64,000 nt of DNA from an uncultured candidate division WWE3 bacterium (GTDB taxonomy: Bacteria > Patescibacteriota > WWE3 > UBA101185 > UBA10185). The stretch lies in contig CAVXUZ010000005.1 in NCBI GenBank assembly GCA_963765125.1, positions 263,837-327,836 of the forward strand. Reading direction: 5' to 3'. The notes beneath the pieces were generated by a model. The model ran no database searches, had not been told where the DNA came from, and saw only the letters and a program-made list of their open reading frames with translations. The position numbers and the translations under genes were made by a program. Below, piece by piece: positions 25,324 to 35,621 of the stretch (positions within the stretch are counted from its first letter, which is position 1; each line of letters opens with the position of its first letter).

Positions 25324-27843
25324 TCAGCATCTGCTATAGCCACACGAATAGCATTTTGCACAGCCTTCTTCTAAAACCAACGAGGCATTACCGCAGTCAG
25401 GACACATATCCGTGTGTGAAAAATAAGATACTTCATTCTTTTCCTCATGGACTACGTTTGCACCGTTTGATTTAACTGCGATTGAAAATTCTTCTGCAAG
25501 CTTCTTTGCGACGGCATCAGGTAGTGAACTTACTCTATTTTTACCAAATCCTACGGAAGTTGCACCGCCGATACCGATAAGTTGAACGATTATATCCTTG
25601 ACGGTATGGTTTCTATTTACTGACGATCTTAGCCACCCAGAAAGCATTCTACCTAGCGCTTCGGAAAGAGCTGCAACGTCTGAGCCTGCTTTACCAACGT
25701 TAATAAAAATTTCCAATGGATTACCAACATCGTCTTTATTTATTGTAATAAAGGCTTTTCCTTGAGGTGTTGCAACTCGATACGTTGTACCAGACAGTTT
25801 GTATCCGCGATCGCTTTCAGTTGACCCATTGCTTGTACCTTCAACGATTTGGACTTGAACGTCTTTTTGATCTTGTGTTTTGCTGTCTCTTGTTTCTTTT
25901 GTTTCAAGTACCACCTCTTGTCTGCTACCAGTTACGTATACTGTCAGACCCTTAACTTTGTGCTCCCATCCAAGCATATACACATCGGCGACATCTTTTT
26001 CTGTTGCAGTAGCGGGTAAGTTACAGGTTTTTGAAATTGAGTTATCAATAAATGCTTGTATCGCTGATTGCATTTTTATATGTTCAACGGCGGTAATGTC
26101 GGCAGAGACAACAAATACATCTCTTATAGATTTTGGAAGCTCCTCAATGTTTTGGCATGTGCCTGTTTCGATTATTTTATCGATTATTCGTTTTCTTATA
26201 TCACCAACAATACCTGCATTATCTAGAGCTTTCAAAAACGCTGGGCTTGTGTACGTTAGAGTTAAACCACCGTCATTACCAGCGGCTTGATAAACATTTC
26301 TATAGTAAGCCAATGCAAAAACAGGCTCGCACCCATAACCCTCGATACCGGCTACAGTCGAAATTGTTCCAGTTGGAGCGACTGTGGTTTGAGCTGCATT
26401 TCTAAGACCGTGATTTTTAATTCCAGAAACTACCAAATCCCAGTCTAATTCAGGCCTATCAAAATTGTGTGTATAGGCTTCAAATGGTTTAGGAGGTTCC
26501 CACACAAGGTTTTCTGGATCGTAAATACTACCTGTGATTTTTCTAAATGATCCACGTTCTTCAGCTAGTTTGATTGAGGTAAGCAAGCTGTGATAACGAA
26601 TAAACTCTGTTACCTGAGCTGCAAACTCTTGACCCTTTTTACTTCCGTATCTAATTCCCATTGTGTACATCAAATCAGCAAGACCCATAAAACCTAATCC
26701 AATTCTACGTGCATCCATCGCCGCCTCTCTTAATTGAGGTACAGCAGGTACATATTTGTTTGCTGTTACAACATTGTCTAAAAACCTTGTAGATAGCTCG
26801 ATTGTTTCCTGGAGCAGTTCCCAGTCAAGGTTACCATCAGCGTCACTGTGCTCTCCTAGATTTATTGAGCCTAAACAACAGTTCTCATAAGGGCCAAGCC
26901 ACTGCTCACCGCACGGGTTTGTTGCTTTTAGCTCGTAGAGGTGTGGTACTGGGTTATAACGATTTGCTTCGTCAACGAAAAGCACACCCGGTTCGCCGTT
27001 TTTATATGCATATTTTACTATCATATCGAATATTTCTCTGGCTCTTGGGCTTTCCACTGGCTCCTTTGTTCTCGGGTCAATGAGGTCGTAAGTAGTATCG
27101 TTCTTAACGGCTTCCATAAATTTGTCAGTAATCGCAACAGAGACATTAAAGTTTGATACCTTTCCTTCGTCAGATTTACATTTAATAAATTCACGTACAT
27201 CCGGATGGTCCACTTTTAATACTGCCATGTTTGCACCGCGTCTAACTCCACCCTGTGCAATCTCACCAAACGCTTTATCATATACTGACAAAAATCCTAC
27301 TGGTCCGGTTGCTCTTCCGTTGCTACTTGATACCAAGGCTCCGCACGATCGTAGATCTGAAAAAGAAAAACCATTACCACCCCCAACCTGCTGAATCAAA
27401 GCGGCATCTCTGAGAGTAGAAAATATACCGTCAGAGCGCTTACCCATATCGTCGGCAATAGGCAAAACAAAACAGGCGGCTAGTTGACCTAGTGGTGTAC
27501 CTGCTCCTGTAAATGTCGGTGAATTAGGAAAAAATCTTTTTGTAGAAAGTAAATTATAAAATTCGGTTTTTGTACGTTCTGAGTCTCTATAGGGCGCATC
27601 TGGTTCTGCCACAACATGCGCAACCCTTTCAAACATCTCCTCGGGTGTTTCCAATAATTCTCCGTCCTTATCTTTTCTGAGATACCTTTTTTCCAAAATA
27701 ACTCTTGAGTTATCGCTTAGGTCAAGCTTTGAGTTTTTGGAGCCCATATCACGAATTTTCTTACTTCGCACTCTAAGAGAAACATCAACGTTCTCATTGT
27801 CAGCTCTATCGGCCATAATATATTCCAATGGCTTTTTGTTCAA
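25324..27843 (-). CDS. nrdJ: Adenosylcobalamin-dependent class II ribonucleotide reductase with C-terminal TSCPD-like domain and Zn ribbon
   Basis: QLAACFVL, QGGVRRGANM, ATNPCGEQ, CCLGSINL, APTGTIS, SISKTCN; CPDCG...CYSCGYSRC. Confidence 0.96.
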   Translation of the reverse strand: MNKKPLEYIMADRADNENVDVSLRVRSKKIRDMGSKNSKLDLSDNSRVILEKRYLRKDKDGELLETPEEMFERVAHVVAEPDAPYRDSERTKTEFYNLLSTKRFFPNSPTFTGAGTPLGQLAACFVLPIADDMGKRSDGIFSTLRDAALIQQVGGGNGFSFSDLRSCGALVSSSNGRATGPVGFLSVYDKAFGEIAQGGVRRGANMAVLKVDHPDVREFIKCKSDEGKVSNFNVSVAITDKFMEAVKNDTTYDLIDPRTKEPVESPRAREIFDMIVKYAYKNGEPGVLFVDEANRYNPVPHLYELKATNPCGEQWLGPYENCCLGSINLGEHSDADGNLDWELLQETIELSTRFLDNVVTANKYVPAVPQLREAAMDARRIGLGFMGLADLMYTMGIRYGSKKGQEFAAQVTEFIRYHSLLTSIKLAEERGSFRKITGSIYDPENLVWEPPKPFEAYTHNFDRPELDWDLVVSGIKNHGLRNAAQTTVAPTGTISTVAGIEGYGCEPVFALAYYRNVYQAAGNDGGLTLTYTSPAFLKALDNAGIVGDIRKRIIDKIIETGTCQNIEELPKSIRDVFVVSADITAVEHIKMQSAIQAFIDNSISKTCNLPATATEKDVADVYMLGWEHKVKGLTVYVTGSRQEVVLETKETRDSKTQDQKDVQVQIVEGTSNGSTESDRGYKLSGTTYRVATPQGKAFITINKDDVGNPLEIFINVGKAGSDVAALSEALGRMLSGWLRSSVNRNHTVKDIIVQLIGIGGATSVGFGKNRVSSLPDAVAKKLAEEFSIAVKSNGANVVHEEKNEVSYFSHTDMCPDCGNASLVLEEGCAKCYSCGYSRC

Positions 27844-28072
27844 AAACCTTACAACCTTGGCTAAATAAGGTTTCTACAACAAAAAAAACACATAAATTTT
27901 TTAACTAGAAAAATGCCTGGGCAGCGTACTTCTATAAGAACATATTTTTAAAAATAATACAATGAAATTTAGGTTAGAGTGTAATATTATGTATTTTTGC
28001 CACTACAACAACGTTATTAATAACAATAACGATTGCTATTAACCAATATTATACAAACTGCGTTAGTGTGAT

Positions 28073-29272
28073 TTATCTTCCTCTAAGAAAAGCTGGTATA
28101 TCGTACTTGCTGTCTGGGCCATCGTCGATGTTTGGAGTGCCCCAAGAATCGTTCTTTGGCTCCTCTTTATCGTTATCTTCTTCTTTGTCTAGGTCAACAA
28201 AGTCATCATCATCTTCGGCGAATGCTGGTTTTGTTGTGTCAACTCTTGCTGAAGGCATAACAAAAGAGTCTCTTCGATAAGCGTCATCTTTTGGATATCC
28301 GAGTTTTGTTCTAATGTCATCAGAGTCAAAACCTGTGGCGATAACTGTAATCTTTAATTGATCGGTCATTGACTCATCGATTGTCGTACCAAAGATTGTG
28401 TTTGCATCTGGGCTTGCGGCTTCAACAATAATCTTTGCGGCAATATCAACTTCTCTCATACTCAAGTCAGGTCCACCTGTTACATTGAATAAGATTCCGG
28501 TCGCGCCCTCGATTGAGATATCTAAGAGAGGCGAGGTAATAGCTGCTTTTGCTGCTAATGTTGCTCTTTCTTCACCTGTTCCAATACCTATTCCCATTAA
28601 AGCGGTCCCTGCGTTCTTCATAATAGTTTTAACATCGGCAAAATCGACGTTTATAAGTCCTGGCATGACGATTAGGTCAGAGATTCCTTGTACACCTTGG
28701 TTTAATACACTATCGCTAAGTTTAAACGCTTCAAGAACAGACATTTTTTCATCTGTAATTTCAAGCAGTCTTTGATTTGGTATGGTGATTAGCGCGTCTA
28801 CTTCTTTACTCAACTCTGCGATACCTTTTTCGGCGTTTTGCATTCGTTTGGCGCCTTCAAAAGCAAATGGTTTTGTAACAACGCCGATAGTCAATGCGCC
28901 TAATTCTCTCGCTAGTTTTGCAACAACTGGTGCTGCGCCTGTTCCCGTACCACCACCCATTCCTGCTGTAATGAAGACCATATCTGCACCTTCGAGGTTT
29001 GATTTTATTATGTCTAAATCCTCCTCAGCAGCTTTACGACCGACCTCAGGTTCAGCTCCAGCGCCTAAGCCACCGGTTAGTTTTTGTCCAATAGGGAGTT
29101 TTATATATGATTTGCTTATTGATAAATCTTGAGCGTCCGTGTTTACAGCAATAAATTCAACACCTTGTATCTGTTGTGACTCAATCATTGTGTTAATGAC
29201 GTTGCACCCGGCACCGCCAATTCCAACGACGCGAATTTTTGCAAATCTTTCAATTTCAGGCTTTATATGCAT
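28073..29272 (-). CDS. ftsZ: Cell division protein FtsZ
   Basis: [17 protein letters not shown]-terminal DIPAFLR. Confidence 0.99.
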   Translation of the reverse strand: MHIKPEIERFAKIRVVGIGGAGCNVINTMIESQQIQGVEFIAVNTDAQDLSISKSYIKLPIGQKLTGGLGAGAEPEVGRKAAEEDLDIIKSNLEGADMVFITAGMGGGTGTGAAPVVAKLARELGALTIGVVTKPFAFEGAKRMQNAEKGIAELSKEVDALITIPNQRLLEITDEKMSVLEAFKLSDSVLNQGVQGISDLIVMPGLINVDFADVKTIMKNAGTALMGIGIGTGEERATLAAKAAITSPLLDISIEGATGILFNVTGGPDLSMREVDIAAKIIVEAASPDANTIFGTTIDESMTDQLKITVIATGFDSDDIRTKLGYPKDDAYRRDSFVMPSARVDTTKPAFAEDDDDFVDLDKEEDNDKEEPKNDSWGTPNIDDGPDSKYDIPAFLRGR

Positions 29273-29285
29273 TTCTTATTATATT

Positions 29286-30542
29286 TTAGGGCAGGAAGTT
29301 TTTTAACTTACTAAAGAATCCACCAAACTTACTTGATATATTACCTCGACTTCTGTCAAAAGACAATAAGGAACCTGTCCTATATAATTCTGCTCCATAC
29401 AGGACTGCTCCTACAGTTGCGGCTGACTGAGGACCTTGTATTTCATCAATAAGGCCGGTGACTCCGGTAGGTTTACCAACTCTCACAGGTGCTTTTAAGA
29501 TATTTTGTACAACCTTTTCTACACCCGCAGTCATTGCACCACCACCAGTTACTACAACACCCGCTGGTAGTTTTCCTTTGAGGTTTGCTTTAGTAATTTC
29601 TAAGGCTATAAGACTAAATATTTCTTCCATTCTTGAGTCAATAATTCTGTAAAGAACTTTTGCTGGAATTTTATCAACGTCAAGATTAAATTCTGAAACA
29701 TCAAAATCTTCTTCACGATTATCTGTTTTTGATTTTTGTTGTAATTGGTAATCGTTGCTTAGTTTAATTTTTATATTTTCCGCATCTTCCATTCTCACTC
29801 TCAAACCAAATGCTAAATCGTTTGTTATATATTTTGCGCCGATTGGTATTACAGAAGCATGAATAGGGCTGCCTTCTAAGTATGCGATTATTGAAGTGGT
29901 ACCGCCACCAATATCTACAAGAAGTGTACCGAGCTCTCTCTCAGTATCAGTGAGCACAGACTCTGCAGATGCTATTCCTGTGTAAATCATATCTTCCACA
30001 GTTACACCAACTTGTTCTATACACTTTTTAAGATTTATCATTGCGGTAGCTGAGCCATGAATAATGTTTGTTTCAACCTCAAGCCTGTTTCCTGTCATTC
30101 CTACTGGATCTTTAATACCGTCTTGTGAGTCAACAACGAAGTCTCTCGGTATAACGTGTATTATTTCTCTCGTTGAAGGTAAAGATATTGCCTGGGCTGC
30201 CTCTATAACGCGCGCAACGTCGTCGCCTGAAATTTCAGAACTAAGGTGCGGTGATACAGCAACAACTCCGTGTGAGTTTCTTGTCTCTATGTGTGTTCCG
30301 TTAATTGTTGCAAATGCTGAGGATACTGAAACGCCTGCCATTCTTTCAGCTCTTTCGAGACTTGACGAAATAGCTTCAACTGCTTCGTCTATTTTAACAA
30401 CATTACCCTTCTTTATCCCTTTAGACTCAACATTTCCAGATACTCCTATGACGGATACCTTTTTGTCGCTAACTACTGCTACTGTTGTTGATATTTTTGT
30501 TGAACCGACATCGATTCCTGTAATAATTCTATCTTTAGCCAT
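29286..30542 (-). CDS. ftsA: Cell division protein FtsA
   Basis: GIDVGSTK, VDIGGGTT, VVTGGGA, PVRVGKP. Confidence 0.97.
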   Translation of the reverse strand: MAKDRIITGIDVGSTKISTTVAVVSDKKVSVIGVSGNVESKGIKKGNVVKIDEAVEAISSSLERAERMAGVSVSSAFATINGTHIETRNSHGVVAVSPHLSSEISGDDVARVIEAAQAISLPSTREIIHVIPRDFVVDSQDGIKDPVGMTGNRLEVETNIIHGSATAMINLKKCIEQVGVTVEDMIYTGIASAESVLTDTERELGTLLVDIGGGTTSIIAYLEGSPIHASVIPIGAKYITNDLAFGLRVRMEDAENIKIKLSNDYQLQQKSKTDNREEDFDVSEFNLDVDKIPAKVLYRIIDSRMEEIFSLIALEITKANLKGKLPAGVVVTGGGAMTAGVEKVVQNILKAPVRVGKPTGVTGLIDEIQGPQSAATVGAVLYGAELYRTGSLLSFDRSRGNISSKFGGFFSKLKNFLP

Positions 30543-30546
30543 ATAA

Positions 30547-31335
30547 TCACTTAAATAATACTATTACTTTATCATATCTTAAATCTATTTTCTGTATGTC
30601 TTTGTTTTCAACCTTTGCCTGCTTCATCAAAGCAGAAAGCGCTTTAACAGCCTCTAATTTGTTTTTCATCAAGCCTATAAGAACATTTTCTCCCCTGTCT
30701 AGATAAAAACTTACGTAATCAGGCTGAAAACTTACACTACTTACTTTGATATCCTCCGCGCTAAGCAGTTCGGTTAATTCCTGATACACGGGTACAATAT
30801 TTTTGTCGATAAATAATCCAACCGATATCTCTTTTTGGTAGTTAATTCTTGGCAATTCGTTATTTTCAGCGGATACGTAACCTAATACATACCCCTCCTT
30901 ATCAACCAGAAATTGATTTTCTTCATTTTTATAAACTATCGCAATCGGAACTCTCTCTTTTACAATGACTTTTATCGTTCGTGGAATCTTTTTTTCTAGC
31001 TCAATCGCATCTGCGCCTAAAAAATTGTCCTTTAATTTTTTCTCTAGTTCAAATTTTTTTAGAGTAAATATGTTTTTATCCATAATATTTGCTGACGCAA
31101 CTTCTCTAAGGTCAAGTGAACTTACAAATTTATCTGCACCGACTATATTAATATTTTTTACATTAAAAAATCCTGAATAGATAAATAGGTATGCTAGTCC
31201 AACTAATATAGCGAGCGCTGCAGTTATTTTTACAACCTTTAAAAAGTACTTTATGAATTTTCTTAAGAACACCTTTAGGTTAAAAGGTTCTTTTCTTCTA
31301 GTGACTTTTTGCCCTATAGGTTTTTTCGATTTCAT
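30547..31335 (-). CDS. ftsQ: FtsQ/DivIB-like protein
   Basis: TM, POTRA-like region, VKERVPIA, IDLRY; between murG and ftsA. Confidence 0.88.
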   Translation of the reverse strand: MKSKKPIGQKVTRRKEPFNLKVFLRKFIKYFLKVVKITAALAILVGLAYLFIYSGFFNVKNINIVGADKFVSSLDLREVASANIMDKNIFTLKKFELEKKLKDNFLGADAIELEKKIPRTIKVIVKERVPIAIVYKNEENQFLVDKEGYVLGYVSAENNELPRINYQKEISVGLFIDKNIVPVYQELTELLSAEDIKVSSVSFQPDYVSFYLDRGENVLIGLMKNKLEAVKALSALMKQAKVENKDIQKIDLRYDKVIVLFK

Positions 31336-32404
31336 CCACGATAATCTTTTTAGAATTTAATAGTTGTCTCTCTGTATTTTTTTGATATTTGGTTATGTTT
31401 AGAAGCATATTTTTAATCTCGGAGACTAAACGCGCAGAATTAAGTTCTGCCTCGTTTATAATGACTGCAAGACCTTCTTTAACCAACATTTCAGCATTTT
31501 TCTGCTGCTCTTTATGTGACACCCATGGAATTGGAATTAATACTGACGGTTTATTTAAATATAATAATTCTCCGCAAGTGTGTGCTCCAGCTCGTGCTAC
31601 TACTATTGAGGCTTTTGCATAAACCTCTCCTATTTCATCAGAATATATAAATTTTTTTGGAAAATATTTTCCATACGAGGAATCTTTAATCTTTAAATAT
31701 CTTTCTTCTAGTTTTTGGATATCGTTATAGATTGAATGGTCTCCGGTTTGGTGAATAGCATTACATATTTTTAATAATTCATCTAAACCATTAACAATTA
31801 CTTCGTTTATTATGTGAGAACCGGTTTTACCTGCAGTAATGTAAATGGTTGGAAGTGTCTCGTTAACAACAAAATTATTTGTTTTTTGTAATGAAATTTC
31901 CTCTCTCAACGGCAAACCCGAAAATACTACATTTTTATTTTTTAAAAACTCTCTCGATGACTCCCATGAAATTAAAACCTTATCTGCAACTTGCGCAATT
32001 AATTTGTTTGCATAACCCAAGACGGCTGTCTGCTCGTGCGTGATTGAAGGAATGCCTAATACTTTTGCAGCTAATACAGTAGGCACAGCTAGGTACCCTC
32101 CAAAAGACAGTACTATTTCTGGCTTTAACTTTATTAATAGGGCTAAAGCTTGAAAATATCCGTATGGGATTTTTAGCAATCTTATCGGATCGTAGGTTTT
32201 ATAGAATTTCCCAGCTTTTAAATCAAAGAATGGAATATTTAAATCTGTAATCTCCTTATACTCTAAAGTGTCATTCTTATCGCCCTTAACGCTGTGTTTA
32301 TGACCAAACCAATACAACTCAATTTCAGGGTAACGACTTTTTAACTCGTTTATTACTGGAAGTGCTGAGCTATGGTGACCACCTGTTATTACAACTTTTT
32401 TCAT
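31298..32404 (-). CDS. murG: MurG-family glycosyltransferase
   Basis: ITGGH, SFGGY, HEQT, ARAGA..CGE, EQQKNA. Confidence 0.93.
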   Translation of the reverse strand: MKKVVITGGHHSSALPVINELKSRYPEIELYWFGHKHSVKGDKNDTLEYKEITDLNIPFFDLKAGKFYKTYDPIRLLKIPYGYFQALALLIKLKPEIVLSFGGYLAVPTVLAAKVLGIPSITHEQTAVLGYANKLIAQVADKVLISWESSREFLKNKNVVFSGLPLREEISLQKTNNFVVNETLPTIYITAGKTGSHIINEVIVNGLDELLKICNAIHQTGDHSIYNDIQKLEERYLKIKDSSYGKYFPKKFIYSDEIGEVYAKASIVVARAGAHTCGELLYLNKPSVLIPIPWVSHKEQQKNAEMLVKEGLAVIINEAELNSARLVSEIKNMLLNITKYQKNTERQLLNSKKIIVDEIEKTYRAKSH

Positions 32405-32431
32405 GTACTTAGATTTTAGCAGAATTTAGTT

Positions 32432-33604
32432 TTAGCTTTGCCTTTTAATGTTATTAAGAATACCTAACGAGATTAGTGTAAAAACAATACTTGAGCCACC
32501 GTAGGAAATGAGAGGTATGGGCACCCCTGTAAGCGGTATGATTCTCGTCATTGCAGATACGTTGATAAAAAACTGAATGGCTATCCACGACGTAATACCA
32601 GTTGCAAGCATTCTCCCAAGTAAATCTGGTGCACCTCTAGCTATTTTAAACCCAAGATAGATTAGATAACCAAAAGCTAATATAACAACAGTAGTTCCAA
32701 CAAATCCAAATTCTTCGCCAATTATTGCAAATATGGAATCAGATGAAACTTCTGGCAAATATTGATATTTTTGTCGAGACTGTCCAAATCCAACACCAAA
32801 TAAACCACCTGATCCTAACGCAATCATTATTTGCCTAATGTGATAACCAGCTTCTTGTGCGGCGTTTGATTCAAAACCCAAAAGAGTTAATAATCTGGCG
32901 CGTCTATAGACAGAGCTTAAAATTATTCCAAGACTGAGTAGCCCCATCACCGGTGCTGATAGGTAGAGCGGTAGAAGCGTGAATCCTGACACAAAGTAAA
33001 CAACCGTGGCAATCGTTAAAACTAGAATAGCCGTTGACATATTTGGTTGTAATATCAACAAAATAACCATTAGTATCGATGTAACAATGTATACAAAGAA
33101 AGGGTCATTTTTGGACTTTAACCCCTTTTCAAACTTTGATAGCTGTGTGGCAAGATATATGATAATCGCTAACTTAGCTAACTCTGCGGGCTGAAATCCA
33201 ACTACACCAATTAACGGAAGGGGTGGCAACGGAGCTGGATTTAAATAAAGCCATCGGCTTGCTCCGTTAATACAGGGTGCAAAAATAATACCTACATCCT
33301 GAGTGTTTCTGCATAAAAATACACCTACGAATGCGAGTAAGAATAAAAATACAATGCTTGTCACGTATAATAAAAAACCAACATGTTTAAGTTTCTGATA
33401 AGGTAGTTTCGAAAAAACACTGAAAGCAAAAAGTCCAATTACTATCCAAAGAACTTGCAAAACAACAAATCTAAAAGGATTACCAAATGTAAATTGTGAG
33501 TAGTACGCAGTCGCATTATAAATTATTAACAACCCAATGGTTATTAGGGCTAAAATAACAATGATTAATGATTTGTCACCAATTTTATTTGTATTGTTAG
33601 ACAT
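32432..33604 (-). CDS. ftsW: SEDS protein FtsW
   Basis: QPAELAK, ALGSGGLFGVG.GQSRQKYQYLPE..SD.IFAIIGEE, PLISYGGSS. Confidence 0.93.
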   Translation of the reverse strand: MSNNTNKIGDKSLIIVILALITIGLLIIYNATAYYSQFTFGNPFRFVVLQVLWIVIGLFAFSVFSKLPYQKLKHVGFLLYVTSIVFLFLLAFVGVFLCRNTQDVGIIFAPCINGASRWLYLNPAPLPPLPLIGVVGFQPAELAKLAIIIYLATQLSKFEKGLKSKNDPFFVYIVTSILMVILLILQPNMSTAILVLTIATVVYFVSGFTLLPLYLSAPVMGLLSLGIILSSVYRRARLLTLLGFESNAAQEAGYHIRQIMIALGSGGLFGVGFGQSRQKYQYLPEVSSDSIFAIIGEEFGFVGTTVVILAFGYLIYLGFKIARGAPDLLGRMLATGITSWIAIQFFINVSAMTRIIPLTGVPIPLISYGGSSIVFTLISLGILNNIKRQS

Positions 33605-33615
33605 AATTATTTATT

Positions 33616-34944
33616 TTACGAAGGGTTAATTATTCTTGCACCAAGTTTGCTTAGTTTTTCAAAAAACCTTTCGTGTGTAACAATCATGTTGTCTACTCCA
33701 ATCAATTCACTTTTTCCGTCTGCGCTCAGCGCGGCGATCACCAAAGTTGAATCAAATCTGCAGTCATCCATATTTAACCTTGCGCCTTTAAGCTTTGAAG
33801 GACCTTTTACTACAGCCAGCGTTTTAGGTTCACCTAGGTTAGCGTAATCATACGTTTCGTCACTTATTGCACACTGAATTCCTTCTTCTGACGGTCTAAC
33901 TAGCTCTATGTCGGCGCCCATTCTGTTGAAGTCTTGTATATATCCGAAGCGGTCAACATAGACTGTATTGTGAACTTTACTTCTACCGTTTGTGTAAACT
34001 AACAGTAAAGTTGCATACGGTAGCCAATCGGCTAAAAATCCTGGGGCAGGCGAACTCTCGATTATTGCTGGGCTAAATTCTTCGCCTCCATACCACACAT
34101 TGAGAGAGTCTCTATTGTATTCGTATCTCGCACCAATCTTGGTCAGAAAATTAACGTATGAGGTAAGTTGCAATTTTTTTATGCCATTAATTGTTACATT
34201 ACCCTTTGTAATTAACGCCCCCGTTACAAAAGCAATTGCCTCAATATTGTCAGGCTGAACTTCAAAATAACATCCCTTAAAAATGTTTTTACCAACAATT
34301 CTTATTCTCCTCGGCTCAACCCTCTCAGCCTCACCACCAATTAAATTTATAAAATCTAATAAATCATCGACCTCTGTCTCCTCGGCAGCGTTATTTATAA
34401 AAGTCTCTTCTGGTATTATCGTCGCGGTTAAAATCGCGTTTGCTGTTCCTGTATGTGTACTGATTTTAAAATTTATGTTTGCACCCTTGAAATTCTCCGC
34501 TTCTAAAATAATTTTTGTCTTTTCATTAACTACTTTTATTCCCATTGCTTCCCAGCTATCAACCCATCTATTTACAGGCTGTACTGGAACATCTTTAACA
34601 ATTTTTTTTGGTAGCTCAGCTTTTCTAAAACGAAACAACAGCGGTCCAGCAAGCAATAACGTAAATCTAGATTTTCCACCAATTTCATCAGGAACAATGT
34701 GTGTATTTATTCCCTGACCGTTTATTAACAATTTGTTATCAGCGATCCATTTTATTGAACCACCAATAGACGTCACAATATCAATCATTGTTTCTATATC
34801 ATTAGTTTTTGGAATATTTTCTAATACGACGTCTTCGTTTGAAAACAAAGATGCGATTATTACTTTTATAGCGGAGTCTTTGCTCCCTGAAGGTTTAACA
34901 ACCCCCTCTAAGGGATGCCCACCCTCAATATACATAACTGACAT
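33616..34944 (-). CDS. MurA-fold enolpyruvyl transferase homologue with degenerate active site
   Basis: Full-length colinearity with MurA (IEGGHPLEG, GPLL, NAAEETEV, PDNIEA, PAPGF), but the PGGCxIGxRP loop is replaced by PKKIVKDVPVQP. Confidence 0.85.
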   Translation of the reverse strand: MSVMYIEGGHPLEGVVKPSGSKDSAIKVIIASLFSNEDVVLENIPKTNDIETMIDIVTSIGGSIKWIADNKLLINGQGINTHIVPDEIGGKSRFTLLLAGPLLFRFRKAELPKKIVKDVPVQPVNRWVDSWEAMGIKVVNEKTKIILEAENFKGANINFKISTHTGTANAILTATIIPEETFINNAAEETEVDDLLDFINLIGGEAERVEPRRIRIVGKNIFKGCYFEVQPDNIEAIAFVTGALITKGNVTINGIKKLQLTSYVNFLTKIGARYEYNRDSLNVWYGGEEFSPAIIESSPAPGFLADWLPYATLLLVYTNGRSKVHNTVYVDRFGYIQDFNRMGADIELVRPSEEGIQCAISDETYDYANLGEPKTLAVVKGPSKLKGARLNMDDCRFDSTLVIAALSADGKSELIGVDNMIVTHERFFEKLSKLGARIINPS

Positions 34945-34945
34945 A

Positions 34946-35164
34946 CTATCCTAAAAAGACAAGAACTAGTGAATTTACTACTAGTACGACTGAAAGGATT
35001 ATTGTAATTATAAATATTATTTTTTCTAAACCACGTCTTGAACGGTAAAAGCTAATTGAACTACCAATTCCAGATGCGAGTCCGCCACCCTTTGACTGTA
35101 TAAGTACAAGAATAACAAGCAGAATTGAGACGATTATTTGTAATGACTGTAATAGTACTTTCAT
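34946..35164 (-). CDS. secG: Preprotein translocase subunit SecG
   Basis: VLIQSKGGGL...RSRRGLEK. Confidence 0.92.
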   Translation of the reverse strand: MKVLLQSLQIIVSILLVILVLIQSKGGGLASGIGSSISFYRSRRGLEKIIFIITIILSVVLVVNSLVLVFLG

Positions 35165-35165
35165 A

Positions 35166-35579
35166 TTATTTCTTCTTTATTTCACAAAGCCAATTGAAAA
35201 ACATCATTAAAACCGAAATTAGTAACGCCGAAAATGTAGCCGACCAAATGACGTTTAAATGTTTTGATGGTAGCACAAACCCGAAAATTATCAACTCTGA
35301 TATCGTTGTAGCTCTAAGTGAAAACAAAGGAATAAAGAGCGTAAGTACATAGGTTAACACACCGGTAACGACAAAGCTCATAAATAGGTATCCAACTCCA
35401 TGATCAGGCATTCCCACAAGAGCCAGCAAAGGACGCATAAAAAAATACAAAATAGTCATGGCCACAAGAAAAAGCGTCATTGATGAAATATGTCCAAAAA
35501 AGTAACTGCCAATTACGTACTGTGCTAAGTTGAGTGAAATCGCACTAAATATTGCGAGTCGAATTAAAGTTTTGAACAC
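35166..35579 (-). CDS. Four-TM membrane protein (YvlD/phage-holin-4-like)
   Basis: Hydrophobic, with FMRPLL..V..P pattern. Confidence 0.65.
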   Translation of the reverse strand: MFKTLIRLAIFSAISLNLAQYVIGSYFFGHISSMTLFLVAMTILYFFMRPLLALVGMPDHGVGYLFMSFVVTGVLTYVLTLFIPLFSLRATTISELIIFGFVLPSKHLNVIWSATFSALLISVLMMFFNWLCEIKKK

Positions 35580-35621
35580 ACTATTATTATATAGTAACCA
35601 AGTGATAATTTTCCAAGCAAT

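Noticed and set aside
25324-27843. Intein or intron in nrdJ
   Set aside because: The ORF is continuous, the TNPCGEQ and QGGVRRGA insertion hotspots are uninterrupted, and no splicing motifs are seen
27844-28072. Cobalamin riboswitch or NrdR boxes upstream of nrdJ
   Set aside because: Very AT-rich with no recognisable B12-box, and CTACAACAA repeats (27874, 28003) match the NrdR palindrome only weakly
35166-35579. Holin-like gene as evidence of a prophage
   Set aside because: YvlD-type membrane proteins are common chromosomal genes, and no phage structural or lysis genes are nearby
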